A DNA stretch of 64,000 nt from Planctomycetota bacterium. GTDB lineage: Bacteria > Planctomycetota > UBA1135 > UBA2386. The DNA is taken from contig OZ245006.1 of NCBI GenBank assembly GCA_965223545.1, positions 6,304,001-6,368,000 of the forward strand, given 5' to 3'. Positions 53,308-64,000 of the stretch are shown one piece after another (position 1 is the first letter of the stretch; every line of letters starts with the position of its first letter). Position numbers and translations under genes: made by a program. A model generated the notes under the pieces. It saw only the letters and a list, made by a program, of their open reading frames with translations, made no database searches and was not told the DNA's origin.

Positions 53308-54006
53308 ATGACGAGCAAGACGGTTGGGGCGCGGTGCGGGGGACGACGCCGTGGGGTGGTGCAGGGCGAGCTGCCGTTTCGGCAGTGGGGTGGGGCTCGG
53401 GAGGGGGCTGGGCGGCCCAAGGTGAGTGACGAGACGGTGCCGCACTTGGCGCGGGGGGCGTTGGTGGCGCGGTATCCGTTGCACTTGACGGTGCGGTTGT
53501 GTCGGGGGTTGCCGGGCTTACGGAATGCGCGGACGTACTGGATGTTGGTGGAGCGGATCCGGGCGGGGTGTGGGCGGTTCGGGTTTCGGTTGGTGGAGTT
53601 CTCGGTGCAGCGTGATCACTTGCACCTCTTGGTCGAGGCGAAGGATCGGGAGGCGTTGACGCGGGGGATGACCGGGCTGTTGGTGCGGATGGCGCGGGGG
53701 TTGAACAAGTTGTGGGGGCGCTCGGGGCGGGTGTTTGCCGAGCGGTTTCACGAGCGGGTGCTGCGCTCGCCGACGGAGGTGCGGCGGGCGTTGGTGTATG
53801 TGCTGCAGAATGCCTGGCACCACCGGCAGCGGCCGCGGCAGTTGATCGACGTCTACTCGTCGGGGCCTTGGTTCGACGGGTGGCGCGAGGTGGTGGAGTT
53901 GTCGGAGCCGGTGGTGCGGCCGACGGTGCGGGCGCGAACGTGGCTGCTCAAGGGAGGGTGGCGGCGGTCGCGGGGACGGTTGGACTTCCGCGAGCGGCCG
54001 GCGTAG
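53308..54006 (+). CDS. RAYT-like (Y1 HUH, IS200-superfamily) tyrosine transposase
   Basis: 'LHLTVR', HUH motif 'DHLHLLVE', 'VFAERFH', catalytic Tyr in 'ALVYVLQN', 'YSS'; adjacent hairpin array; no tnpB. Confidence 0.85.
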   Translation: MTSKTVGARCGGRRRGVVQGELPFRQWGGAREGAGRPKVSDETVPHLARGALVARYPLHLTVRLCRGLPGLRNARTYWMLVERIRAGCGRFGFRLVEFSVQRDHLHLLVEAKDREALTRGMTGLLVRMARGLNKLWGRSGRVFAERFHERVLRSPTEVRRALVYVLQNAWHHRQRPRQLIDVYSSGPWFDGWREVVELSEPVVRPTVRARTWLLKGGWRRSRGRLDFRERPA

Positions 54007-54075
54007 CCGGTGGATTGCTAATGCAGGAGTCGACTCGGGCAGGGGGGCGGTTGCCGACGTCCAGGGCCGACTGGC

Positions 54076-54942
54076 CTAACGGCGCAGCGAGCCCGCCTCG
54101 ATCAGCGCGCGCATGCGCGCCGGCACGTTGGTCGTCACCATGTCCAAGCCCAGCGCGCCGGTGCCCAGCAGGTGGAGGTCGGCGTTCACGGTGTAGACGC
54201 AGACCGGATAGTCGTGGGCGTGAAAGCGTGCGACGTCGTCTGCGGTGATCGCCGTGGCGTTCCAGTGGACGAAGCTCGCGCCGGTCGCGGCAATCTCGGC
54301 CAGCATTCCATCGCGCCATGGGTCGTCGCACAGCGCGCCCAAGGTCAGCCGCGGCTCGAGCGCGTGGACTTCCTGCAGCCACTGCCAGTCGAAGGCCTGC
54401 ACCAGGACGTCCTCGAGGTGGCCGGAAGCGCGGAGCATCTCGACCAGGCCGTGGGCGCTTCCCGCCTTGCGCTCGATCATCGTCGTGCCGCGCGGCTGGA
54501 TCAGATCGAGCGCTTCCTGCAGGGTGGGGATCTTGGCGCCCGCATGCTCCGCGCCCTTCCAGGCGCCGGCGTCCAGAGTCGTGAGGGTCGCCAGGGAGAG
54601 TTGCGCCACCGCGGCATCGGCGCCCAACCGCCGCTCGGCGTCGGTGGTGCGGGCGACGGTGGCGTCGTGGATGCAGACCCACTCGCCGTCCGCCGTCTCG
54701 CGCACGTCGAGCTCGATCATCTCGGCGCCGGCATCCAGGGCGGCGGTGAACGCCGGCAGTGTGTTCTCCGGCAGCCGCTGGCTGGCTCCGCGGTGGCCGA
54801 CGGTGACCGGGTGGGTTGCCCACAGCCGGCGCAGGTCGTCGAGCAGGGCAGACTCGCGTGCGGCGTGCGGCGCCATCTTGCAGGCCATCGGAGCTGCGCA
54901 TAGCAGCAGAGCCAGGCCGAGGACCACGGGAATGGAGAGCAT
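54076..54942 (-). CDS. Glycerophosphodiester phosphodiesterase
   Basis: 'GHRGAS...PENT', 'IELDV', 'HD', 'IPTLQE', 'YTVN'. Confidence 0.9.
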   Translation of the reverse strand: MLSIPVVLGLALLLCAAPMACKMAPHAARESALLDDLRRLWATHPVTVGHRGASQRLPENTLPAFTAALDAGAEMIELDVRETADGEWVCIHDATVARTTDAERRLGADAAVAQLSLATLTTLDAGAWKGAEHAGAKIPTLQEALDLIQPRGTTMIERKAGSAHGLVEMLRASGHLEDVLVQAFDWQWLQEVHALEPRLTLGALCDDPWRDGMLAEIAATGASFVHWNATAITADDVARFHAHDYPVCVYTVNADLHLLGTGALGLDMVTTNVPARMRALIEAGSLRR

Positions 54943-55083
54943 GTGCAAGCCGCCCGGAGTTTCGTCGATCCACCTCTGTGTTGCTTGCGCGTTTGCCCGA
55001 AATGCCGGCTAACGGTGCTCCTCCGCAGCTCGTCCTCGCGCCCGAGCCCTGACCATTGCCCTCCTTGTTCTGCGGGAGCCAAC

Positions 55084-56324
55084 GTGACGTCGTCCCCAAC
55101 CCTGCCGGCCCATCGGGTCCGTCTGCTCGTGCCCGCCGTACTCCTGCCCGCGGGCGTCGCGCTCTCGGTCGGCCTCGCCACCACTACCGCCGCCGCGCAG
55201 CAGGCCTCCGCGCCAAGCGTGCGCTTCGAATTGGCGGGCGCACCCACTCCGGTCGGGCCGATGGCCGGCTTGCCCCAGATCGCCGACCTGGACGGTGACG
55301 GCGCGCTCGACGTCGTCGTCGCGTGCGGACCCTGCTGTGGCATGGAGCCCGACCCGGCCGCGGGCCACGTCCGGGTCTTGCTCGGCGACGGGCGCGGAGG
55401 CCTGCGGCCGCAGGACCGCATCCGCGTTGGCGACACCGCGCTGCGCGTCGCGATCGGCGACATCGACGAGGACGGCCATCCCGACGTGGCGTGCGTGCAG
55501 CACTCCAGCTACCGGGTCGAGCTCCTCAGGGGCAGCGCCGACGGCACCCTGCAGCACCGCCCCGAGTGGGGTTTCGACTGGTGGGATGGAGAACGCCCGC
55601 ACGTGCACTCGGTCGTGCTCGAGGACCTCGATCGCGACGGCCACCTCGACTTGGCCGCGACCCTGGTCGCGGACCACTCCTTGGCGGTGTGGTTGGGAGA
55701 TGGCCGCGGCGGGTTCCGGCCGGCGCTGGGGCAGCCCTACTACGCGCACCGACACCCGTACGAACAGCTGGCGATCGCCGATCTCAACGAGGACGGCAAT
55801 CCCGATGCGGTGCTGACCGACGTGCGTGGCGGTGGCGTGACCGTGTTGGCCGGTTCTGGCACCGGCATGTTCGCCACCTCGCGGGGGTTTCGGTTGGCGG
55901 CGCACACGCCGATCGACGTCGAACGCCCGACCGCGCTCGCGCTCGGCGATCTCGATGGCGATGGCGACGCCGACGCCGTCGCGGTGATCGACGAGGCTCC
56001 GCAGGCCGTGGTGCTGCAGAACCAGGGTGGTGGCGACTTCGCGCCGCTCGGGCCGCCGCTGCGGCTGGCGGTCGCCGCCAACAGTGTCCGCGTCGCCGAC
56101 TTGAACGGCGACGGCCACCCGGACTTCGTCACCGGCTGCGTGCAGGGCACCGCGCTGTCCGTCAACTACGGCGATGGCGCCGGCGGCTTCGCGCCTTCGC
56201 TGGCGGTCGATGTCGGGGTCGCCAACCCATCGGTTGCGGTTGGCGATCTCGACGGCGACGGGCACGTGGACCTGGTTGCCAGCAGCTACTCGGAGGGAGT
56301 GGTCGTCGTGCTCTTGGCGCGGCG

Positions 56325-56331
<7 letters not shown>
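55084..56331 (+). CDS. FG-GAP/VCBS repeat protein
   Basis: Seven 'D[LI][DN]xDGxxD' repeats; signal-like N-terminus; start uncertain. Confidence 0.85.
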
Positions 56332-57689
<1,358 letters not shown>

Positions 57690-57732
57690 CGGCCGGTTCC
57701 TCTTGGGCGAAATTCCGTCAGATGCCTCTCAA

Positions 57733-57826
57733 ATCCTGCGAAAATGGCAAGATTGCAGTGGCACTGGTGCAAAAATTAGCCTCTAGCGTGCGCAGTGTCT
57801 CCAGGATTCTGCGGAATATGCAGAAT
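57733..57826. promoter_or_regulatory. Two related 21-bp palindromes upstream of glnA (candidate operators)
   Basis: ATCCTGC-N7-GCAAGAT (57733-57753) and ATTCTGC-N7-GCAGAAT (57806-57826). Confidence 0.5.
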
Positions 57827-57845
57827 TTGAGACTCGGCCGTGTGG

Positions 57846-60455
57846 CTAGTGCGCGTTCTTCGGCACGGTGACCGCGGCGAGCAAGTAGAGCAGCGCCGCG
57901 GCGACGAACACCGCCGTGAAGCCCCACTGCATCGCCACCACGATGCTGACGATCGAGGCGAGCACCGATGCGGCCCCGTTGATGCCGAACGCCCAGGGCA
58001 TCAGGCTGGCGTTGGAGCGGCCCAGGAGCCGCAGGCCGGTGGGGAACGGCATCCCCATGGCGAACGCCAGCGGCGCGATCCAGGCGACCGTCATGCCGAC
58101 GCGGGCCGACTCCGACCACGCCAGCGTCTCGAGGAGGACGCCGGGCAGCACGTAGCCGTGCACGAAGAGCAGCGCCACCACCGCCAGCGCGGCGATGGTC
58201 GCCAGCCGTGCCGATCCGCCGAGACAGCCGGCGGTCGCCGAGCCGATGCCGGAGAACACCAAGAAGCACGCCAACCCGGCCGAGAGCGAGTAGGTCGGGT
58301 GGCCGAGGTAGAGCACGAAGCGCTGGATGGTGGTGATCTCGACCAGCAGGTACGCCAAGCCGAGCGCGCTGAAGAACAACAGCACGCGCCCGCGCCGCGC
58401 GCCGCCGAAGCCGATGCGCAGCAGTGGCAGCAAGACCAACAGCACCGTGGCGATACCGGTCTGCACCAGCAGCGCGGCGAGGATGTACAGGCCGATCGGC
58501 TCGCTGCCGGTGAGCGCTTCGTAGTCGGCGCTCGACTCGGACTCGAACAGATCGAGGTCGGCGAACGTGTTGAAGTGAAAGAAGAACGGCTTGTCGTCGG
58601 TCGCTGGCTCGATGAAGTAGTCGTAGTCGCGCAGCCAGCTGGCGACCGCGTCCTCACCCGTTGCCGCCGCGGCGAGCATGTGTCCGTATTCGGTCTCCGT
58701 GCCCGCGAACCCCGCGCCGTAGTAGACCTCGTGGTGAACCAGCGGCGGATCGCCACCGCTGTTCATCGGTTGGATGGCTGCTCGGATCGCGTCGACTTCG
58801 GCGGCGGAGAACGGCGTGCGCCGCATCAGGGTCAGCGAGTAGCGCAGCGGCTGCTTGAGGTGCTCCAAGCGGGCTTGGAGGTCGGCCAGGTCGGGGTTGT
58901 GCGGTTGCGCTTCGAGCGCCTCCGCCAGGGACAGTGCCTGGCGGTCGGTCTGGTTGACGACGATGAAGTGGGCGCGCGGATCCTGCACGCCGAGCCGCCG
59001 CAGCGCCGTGGCGGCGGTGGCGACCAGCTTCAGCGTCTCGCGCGGCGGCTCGAACCGAAAGCGGATGATCGACAGCAGGCCGCGCTCGCTGAGATGGGCG
59101 AAGTAGTCGTCGAAAGCCTCTTCGGTGTAGAGGTAGGACTCGGCGAAGACGTAGCTCCCCGAGCTCAGCGCAGCGTAGGTGTCGGTGCCCGACATCTGGA
59201 TCAGGTCGTAGGTCGCGCCTTCTCGGCGCAGGAACGACCTGCCCTCGGAGTGGACCGCACGCACCTTTTGCTTGCCGTACACGTCGCCGCTGTAGCTCTT
59301 GAACGGCTCGCTCTGCACGAGGGCCAGCGTGTCGCCGTTGATGTCGACCGCGGTGACGGCGTCGGCGCGGTAGTGCAAGGCGGTCTCGACGTCGTTGCCG
59401 CCGCCGGGGCCGATGATCAGCACGTTGGGGCTGTCCACCAACCGGTAGCCCAAGCCGTAGAAGTGGCGGTCGTAGCCGCGTTCGCGGGCGTGCGCCGCCG
59501 ACCAGATCGCGGTCGGCGCGTCGCCGTCTTGGAAGACGTGCACCTGGCTGCGCGGCCCGGTGCCCGGCTGCGCGCGGTCGCGTTGATCGTCCTCCGCGGT
59601 CTTGGGGATCGGCAGCGTGTCGATGCGGCAGGTCGGAGTCCACAGGGTCCGCCGCAGGGCGGGATCGGGGCGCTCGTACTCGGGGTCGCGCTGCTGCATG
59701 GCGTCGGCCCAGGCCGCGTACAGCCCCTCGAACGCGGTCTGCGCCTTGCTGCGCGCGGGCTCGACGCGGACCAGCCTCGCCGCTGCCTCGGGCATGGCCA
59801 GCGCGGCGGGCCAGAGAGCCGCGGCGCCGATCGCCAGCGCCGCCAGCGGCCAGCCAGCGCGGCCGGTGCCGCGCAGTGCCGCCAGCCCGGCCCAACCGCC
59901 GAGCGAGGCGAACAAGAACAGGCAGCCCGGTCCGCCTAGGGCGCGGATCAGGAGCAAGAACAGAAAGCTGCCGATGCCCGAGCCGATCAGGTTCCAGAAG
60001 TAGGTGCGGTGCACCGTCGCCGGGAACTCCTTGAGCGCGATCGCGATGGCCAGGCCGGCGAACAAGAACGGCACTACCAGGTAGGCGTAGTGCAGGAACA
60101 GATAGAAGTACTGGCTGCGGTCCTGCTCGATGTCGAGAGTGTCCAGCGAGCTGTGGTTGAGGATCGCGAATGCGCCGATCAGCGTGAGGCCGAACAGACT
60201 GCAGCAGGTGGAGACGGCGCGCCGGGGGTCGCCGCCGGCGCGGCCCAGGCTGGGCCAGGCGGCGAGCAGCGAGCCGCCGGCGGCGAAGCCGAGCAGGGTC
60301 ACCGTGACCACCATGTAGGTGAGGTGGTGCCAGAGCATCACGCTGAACAGCCGCGTCTGCAGCACCTGCACCGCGAGGGTGGCGGCGGAGATCAGCGCGA
60401 CGCCGAGGATGACGCCGGCCGGCGCCGCGTGGGGTTGCGGAGAGGGGTCTGTCAT
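57846..60455 (-). CDS. Membrane-bound spermidine-synthase-like SAM-dependent transferase
   Basis: N- and C-terminal TM bundles; 'VLIIGPGGGND', 'AVDIN', 'EGRSFL', 'YDLIQ', 'LYTEEAF'. Confidence 0.8.
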   Translation of the reverse strand: MTDPSPQPHAAPAGVILGVALISAATLAVQVLQTRLFSVMLWHHLTYMVVTVTLLGFAAGGSLLAAWPSLGRAGGDPRRAVSTCCSLFGLTLIGAFAILNHSSLDTLDIEQDRSQYFYLFLHYAYLVVPFLFAGLAIAIALKEFPATVHRTYFWNLIGSGIGSFLFLLLIRALGGPGCLFLFASLGGWAGLAALRGTGRAGWPLAALAIGAAALWPAALAMPEAAARLVRVEPARSKAQTAFEGLYAAWADAMQQRDPEYERPDPALRRTLWTPTCRIDTLPIPKTAEDDQRDRAQPGTGPRSQVHVFQDGDAPTAIWSAAHARERGYDRHFYGLGYRLVDSPNVLIIGPGGGNDVETALHYRADAVTAVDINGDTLALVQSEPFKSYSGDVYGKQKVRAVHSEGRSFLRREGATYDLIQMSGTDTYAALSSGSYVFAESYLYTEEAFDDYFAHLSERGLLSIIRFRFEPPRETLKLVATAATALRRLGVQDPRAHFIVVNQTDRQALSLAEALEAQPHNPDLADLQARLEHLKQPLRYSLTLMRRTPFSAAEVDAIRAAIQPMNSGGDPPLVHHEVYYGAGFAGTETEYGHMLAAAATGEDAVASWLRDYDYFIEPATDDKPFFFHFNTFADLDLFESESSADYEALTGSEPIGLYILAALLVQTGIATVLLVLLPLLRIGFGGARRGRVLLFFSALGLAYLLVEITTIQRFVLYLGHPTYSLSAGLACFLVFSGIGSATAGCLGGSARLATIAALAVVALLFVHGYVLPGVLLETLAWSESARVGMTVAWIAPLAFAMGMPFPTGLRLLGRSNASLMPWAFGINGAASVLASIVSIVVAMQWGFTAVFVAAALLYLLAAVTVPKNAH

Positions 60456-60601
60456 GCGCGCGTTGGGGCCGGGCGGCAGCGAACTCGGGCCGGTGGCCGC
60501 AAGGTCCGGTGCTCTCGGGGGTTATCGGTAGCTCGAGCGGTGGGGATCAAGTCGTCGCGGGTGCCGCCAGCGGACCCGATCTCGCCCGTCCGCGGAACCG
60601 T

Positions 60602-62407
60602 TCACCGCAGCGGCCATAGCCAGGGGATGACCGTGACGCCGACCGCGATCAGCAGCAGGTCGAGTGGCAGGCCGATCTTGACGAAGTTGCGGAATCGGTA
60701 GCCGCCTGGGCCGTAGACCATCAGGTTGGTCTGGTAGCCCATCGGGTTCGCGAACGACGAGCTCGCGCCGAGGGCGACGGCAAACACATAGGGCGCCACC
60801 GACAGCCCCTCCGCCACCGCCATCTCGTAGGCCAGAGGCGTCATCAGCACGGCGACGGCGTTGTTGGTCAAGAACTCGGTGAGCACTACGGTCGCGACGA
60901 ACGTCGCCAGCAACAGCCACCAGGCGTTGTCGGCGCCGGTGGGCAGCAGGCTGGTCAGGCCCTCGGCGATGGCGTGGGTCGTGCCGGTACTCGCCATCGC
61001 CTTGCTGAGCGCCAGCATGCCGGCGATGAACAGCACGATGGACCAGCGCACCGATTGGTGGGTCTGTCGCACGGTCAGACAGCCGGTGACGGTCATCGAC
61101 AGGGCGCCGATCAGCGCTGCGGTGCTGTGGTGCACCGCCCGGCTGACGAAGAGCACGACCACCAGGACGATGACACCGAACGCCCATGGCGCCTTGGTGC
61201 GGTGATAGATGCTCTCGTGCACGCCCTCGACGACGTGGAAGTCGGACGTCATCCGCAGGTAGGACTTGCTGCGGTCGTCCCCGAACACCAGCAGCACGTC
61301 CCCGCTCTGTAGCGTCATCGTCGAGGCGCGCTCGCGAATGTGCCGTCCGCTGCGCTGCACCGCGACCACCACCGCGCCATAGTCGGCCTTGAGGTGGACC
61401 TCGCCGACGCGCTTGCCAATCCACGCCGATGACGGTGCCAGTGCCAGCTCGAAGAAGGTCATCGTCGCCGGGTCGTAGCTGTCGCCGTCGGCGCCGGCTG
61501 CGCGGGACTCGCCCATCTGCAGCGAAGACAGGTCCTGGATCGACCCGCTCAGCATCAGGATGTCGCCGGGCTGGACTGTCAACTCCGTGAACGGCGGTCC
61601 GTGCAGCGCCTCGCCGCGCACCAGCATCATCGTCTTCGGCCCGATGTCGCTGCCGCCCGGGGTGGAGATCTCGTCGGCGCGTTGGCCCGCCAGTGGGCTG
61701 CCCTCGCTGACCCGGATCTCCATCACGTACTCCTTGAGGGCGCCGCCGGCCATCTGCGTCGACAGCGAGTGATGGCGGGGCAGCAGCCGGCGGCCGACGA
61801 GACCGAGATAGAGTATGCCGGCGCCGGCCATCGCGAGGCCGGCGGGCGTCAGCGTGAACATCTCGAACTCGGGCAGCGCGACTCCCGCGGTCAGCTGCGA
61901 TTCGAGGTCGTTCAGCGCGCCGCGCACCAGCAGGTTGGTCGAGGTGCCGACCAGAGTGCACATGCCGCCGAGGATCGAGGCGTACGACAGCGGGATCAGG
62001 AGTCGAGACGGGAAGAAGCCGCCGTCGCGGCAGATCGTCGTGATCACCGGCAAGAACGTGACCACGACCAGCGTGTTGTTGACGAACGCGGACAGGGTCG
62101 CCGCCAACACCATGACCATGAAGACGATGGCGCCCTCGGAGTTGCCGGTGCGATGCAGGATCGCGTCGGCGAGCATCGACGCCGCGCCGGTGCGCAAGAA
62201 GCCCTCGCCGACGATGAACAGCGCCGCGATGGTGACCAAGGCCGGGTTGGCGAGGCCGGCGATGGCCTCCTCGGCGCCGACCAGACCCGGGGTGGCCACC
62301 GCGACGATGAGAGTGATGCCCAGCACGCTCAGGTGGGCGCGTTCGAGCGCCAACAGCACGATCGTGCCGAGCGCCAACGCGATCACGTAGTACTGATCCC
62401 AGGTCAT
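60602..62407 (-). CDS. SLC13/CitMHS-type permease with two TrkA-C domains
   Basis: 'SAFVNNT', 'LGGMCTLVGTSTN', 'PMGYQTNLMVYGPGGYRF'. Confidence 0.9.
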   Translation of the reverse strand: MTWDQYYVIALALGTIVLLALERAHLSVLGITLIVAVATPGLVGAEEAIAGLANPALVTIAALFIVGEGFLRTGAASMLADAILHRTGNSEGAIVFMVMVLAATLSAFVNNTLVVVTFLPVITTICRDGGFFPSRLLIPLSYASILGGMCTLVGTSTNLLVRGALNDLESQLTAGVALPEFEMFTLTPAGLAMAGAGILYLGLVGRRLLPRHHSLSTQMAGGALKEYVMEIRVSEGSPLAGQRADEISTPGGSDIGPKTMMLVRGEALHGPPFTELTVQPGDILMLSGSIQDLSSLQMGESRAAGADGDSYDPATMTFFELALAPSSAWIGKRVGEVHLKADYGAVVVAVQRSGRHIRERASTMTLQSGDVLLVFGDDRSKSYLRMTSDFHVVEGVHESIYHRTKAPWAFGVIVLVVVLFVSRAVHHSTAALIGALSMTVTGCLTVRQTHQSVRWSIVLFIAGMLALSKAMASTGTTHAIAEGLTSLLPTGADNAWWLLLATFVATVVLTEFLTNNAVAVLMTPLAYEMAVAEGLSVAPYVFAVALGASSSFANPMGYQTNLMVYGPGGYRFRNFVKIGLPLDLLLIAVGVTVIPWLWPLR

Positions 62408-62490
62408 CGGCGGTCTGCTGTTAGCGGTTGGGCTCCGTTCCTGTCAAGCGAACTCGGCGTTCGGCGCGGGATGCCCGCCCCCTGAGAACG

Positions 62491-63237
62491 TCAGTCGAAG
62501 GCCAGCTGCCAAAGCAGCCGGGCGAGGACCGCGACCGTGGTCACCAGCACCACGCCGCGGACCGCGGCGTGTCCCTTGTCGACGGCCCAGCGGCTGGCGA
62601 GGAAGCTGCCGGCACCGCAGCCCAGCGCGAGGATCACCGACGGGCCCCACACGACGTGGCCCGAGAGCGCGAGCACGGCGGTCGCCGAGACCGACGCGCA
62701 GATCACCAGCGCCATCTTCGCCGCGTTCACCTCGACGAGGTCGCGACTGTGCACCGCCGAGAGCGCGGCGATCGCCACCAGGCCGGTGCCGACCTGCAGA
62801 AAGCCCATGTGCGCACCGACGGCGACGAAGAGGAGCGGGGCGGCCCACTGCGCGCCGCTCCGCGGGCGGACGCGCGGCGGGCGCAGCTGTTGCCACAGCA
62901 CCACGCTGAGCACGGTGACCAGGGCCGTGCGGTACACCCAGACCGGCAGGGTGATGGCCAGGGCGGCGCCGGCGAGGGCGCCCGGGATCGTCATCGCGCC
63001 GTACAGCCAGGCGCGGCGGGGAATGGCGCGGCCGCGGGAGCGGAATCCCAGCCATCCGCTGAGCCCGATCGCCACCGCGCTGAGGCGCAGGCTGGCGTTG
63101 GCTTGCAGCGGCGTCAGCGACGCGGCCTCTTCGAGACCGACCAGGCCGAGTGCACCGGCGGCGCCGGCGAGGTTGTTGATCGCGCCCATGGCGAGGCCGC
63201 AGGCGACGAGGACCAGGACCGCGAACGGGCCCAGCAT
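62491..63237 (-). CDS. Sulfite exporter TauE/SafE family
   Basis: 'GAINNLAGAAG', 'ANAS', 'GFLQVGTG', 'NAAK'; highly hydrophobic. Confidence 0.8.
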   Translation of the reverse strand: MLGPFAVLVLVACGLAMGAINNLAGAAGALGLVGLEEAASLTPLQANASLRLSAVAIGLSGWLGFRSRGRAIPRRAWLYGAMTIPGALAGAALAITLPVWVYRTALVTVLSVVLWQQLRPPRVRPRSGAQWAAPLLFVAVGAHMGFLQVGTGLVAIAALSAVHSRDLVEVNAAKMALVICASVSATAVLALSGHVVWGPSVILALGCGAGSFLASRWAVDKGHAAVRGVVLVTTVAVLARLLWQLAFD

Positions 63238-63328
63238 CACCGACGGCGCCGCCGTGGATCCGCGCCCCGCTTCTGCGGCGAGGGGGCTCGGCGGGGCGGC
63301 CTCACGACAGCGGCTGTTGTCGCGACGC

Positions 63329-64000
63329 TCAAGTCAGCAGATCGGCGATCGCGGCGCGCTCTTCGACCAGCTCCGCGACGCTGGCGTCGATCTTGCCGCG
63401 GGCGAACTCGTCGATGGCCAGGCCCTGCACGATGCTCCAGTTGCCGCTCCCGTCGGTGCGGCACGGGAACGAGCAGATCAGGCCCTCCGGCACGTCGTAG
63501 CTGCCGTCCGAGCGCACGCAGAGCGACGTCCATTCACCGTCCGCGGTGGGCTGGTACAGCGCGCGGGCGTGATCGATCGCCGCGTTGGCGGCCGACAGGG
63601 CCGACGACTTGCCGCGCGCCTCGATGATGGCCTTGCCGCGCTCCTGCACCGTCGAGATGAACGGGCCGCGCAGCCAGTCGTCATCGCCGATCACCTGCGC
63701 GGCGGGCTCGCCGCCGATCGTGGCGTGCATCCAGTCGGGGTACTGGGTGTTGCTGTGGTTGCCCCAGATGATGGTGTTGCGCACCGCGCTCCAGTGGACC
63801 CCGGCCTTCTCTGCCAGCTGTGCGTCGGCGCGGTTCTGGTCGAGCCGGGTCATCGCCGAGAAACGGTCGTCGGGGACTCCCGCTGCGCTGTGCATGGCGA
63901 TCAGGCAGTTCGTGTTGCACGGATTGCCGACCACGATGGCGCGCACGTCGGGTCCGGCGGCTTCGGCGATCGCCCGGCCTTGGCCGGTGAAGATCGGACC
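63329..64000 (-). CDS. mdh: Malate dehydrogenase (5'-truncated by window end)
   Basis: 'VVGNPCNTN', 'MTRLDQNRA', 'IWGNHS', 'RGKSSALSAA'. Confidence 0.95.
   Translation of the reverse strand, partial: GPIFTGQGRAIAEAAGPDVRAIVVGNPCNTNCLIAMHSAAGVPDDRFSAMTRLDQNRADAQLAEKAGVHWSAVRNTIIWGNHSNTQYPDWMHATIGGEPAAQVIGDDDWLRGPFISTVQERGKAIIEARGKSSALSAANAAIDHARALYQPTADGEWTSLCVRSDGSYDVPEGLICSFPCRTDGSGNWSIVQGLAIDEFARGKIDASVAELVEERAAIADLLT

Noticed and set aside
53308..54006. Autonomous IS200/IS605 element
   Set aside because: No tnpB and no clear paired left/right ends; sequence and adjacent repeat array fit a RAYT better
57690..57845. Sigma54 promoter for glnA
   Set aside because: TGGCAC is on the wrong strand and lacks the correctly spaced GC

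Overview
A very GC-rich bacterial chromosome segment; the gene repertoire (extended ECF sigma factors, Ser/Thr kinase-WD40, FG-GAP and 'FGxGC'-type secreted proteins) suggests Planctomycetota, but that is inference. The backbone is housekeeping and metabolic: glcDEF, class I fumarase, H-NOX plus hybrid kinase, queA, queG, thiE, glnA and mdh. The main accessory feature is at 46.3-54.0 kb. Three near-identical 2033-nt group IIC-like introns (RT/maturase, no endonuclease) with non-canonical ends (5' UUGCG ... GGC 3') each interrupt the 3' arm of an 86-88-nt hairpin inside a modular REP-like tandem array directly upstream of a RAYT-type HUH tyrosine transposase. Two compositionally distinct islands carrying ECF sigma factors and large secreted proteins (about 2.2-6.6 kb and 34.5-41.8 kb) are bracketed by strings of 60-100-nt hairpin modules; one of these modules recurs as a 195-bp tandem repeat at 22.7-23.15 kb. 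No rRNA, tRNA, CRISPR array or integron integrase was seen. All structure calls are by-eye base pairing, and protein calls come from motifs, not database searches.
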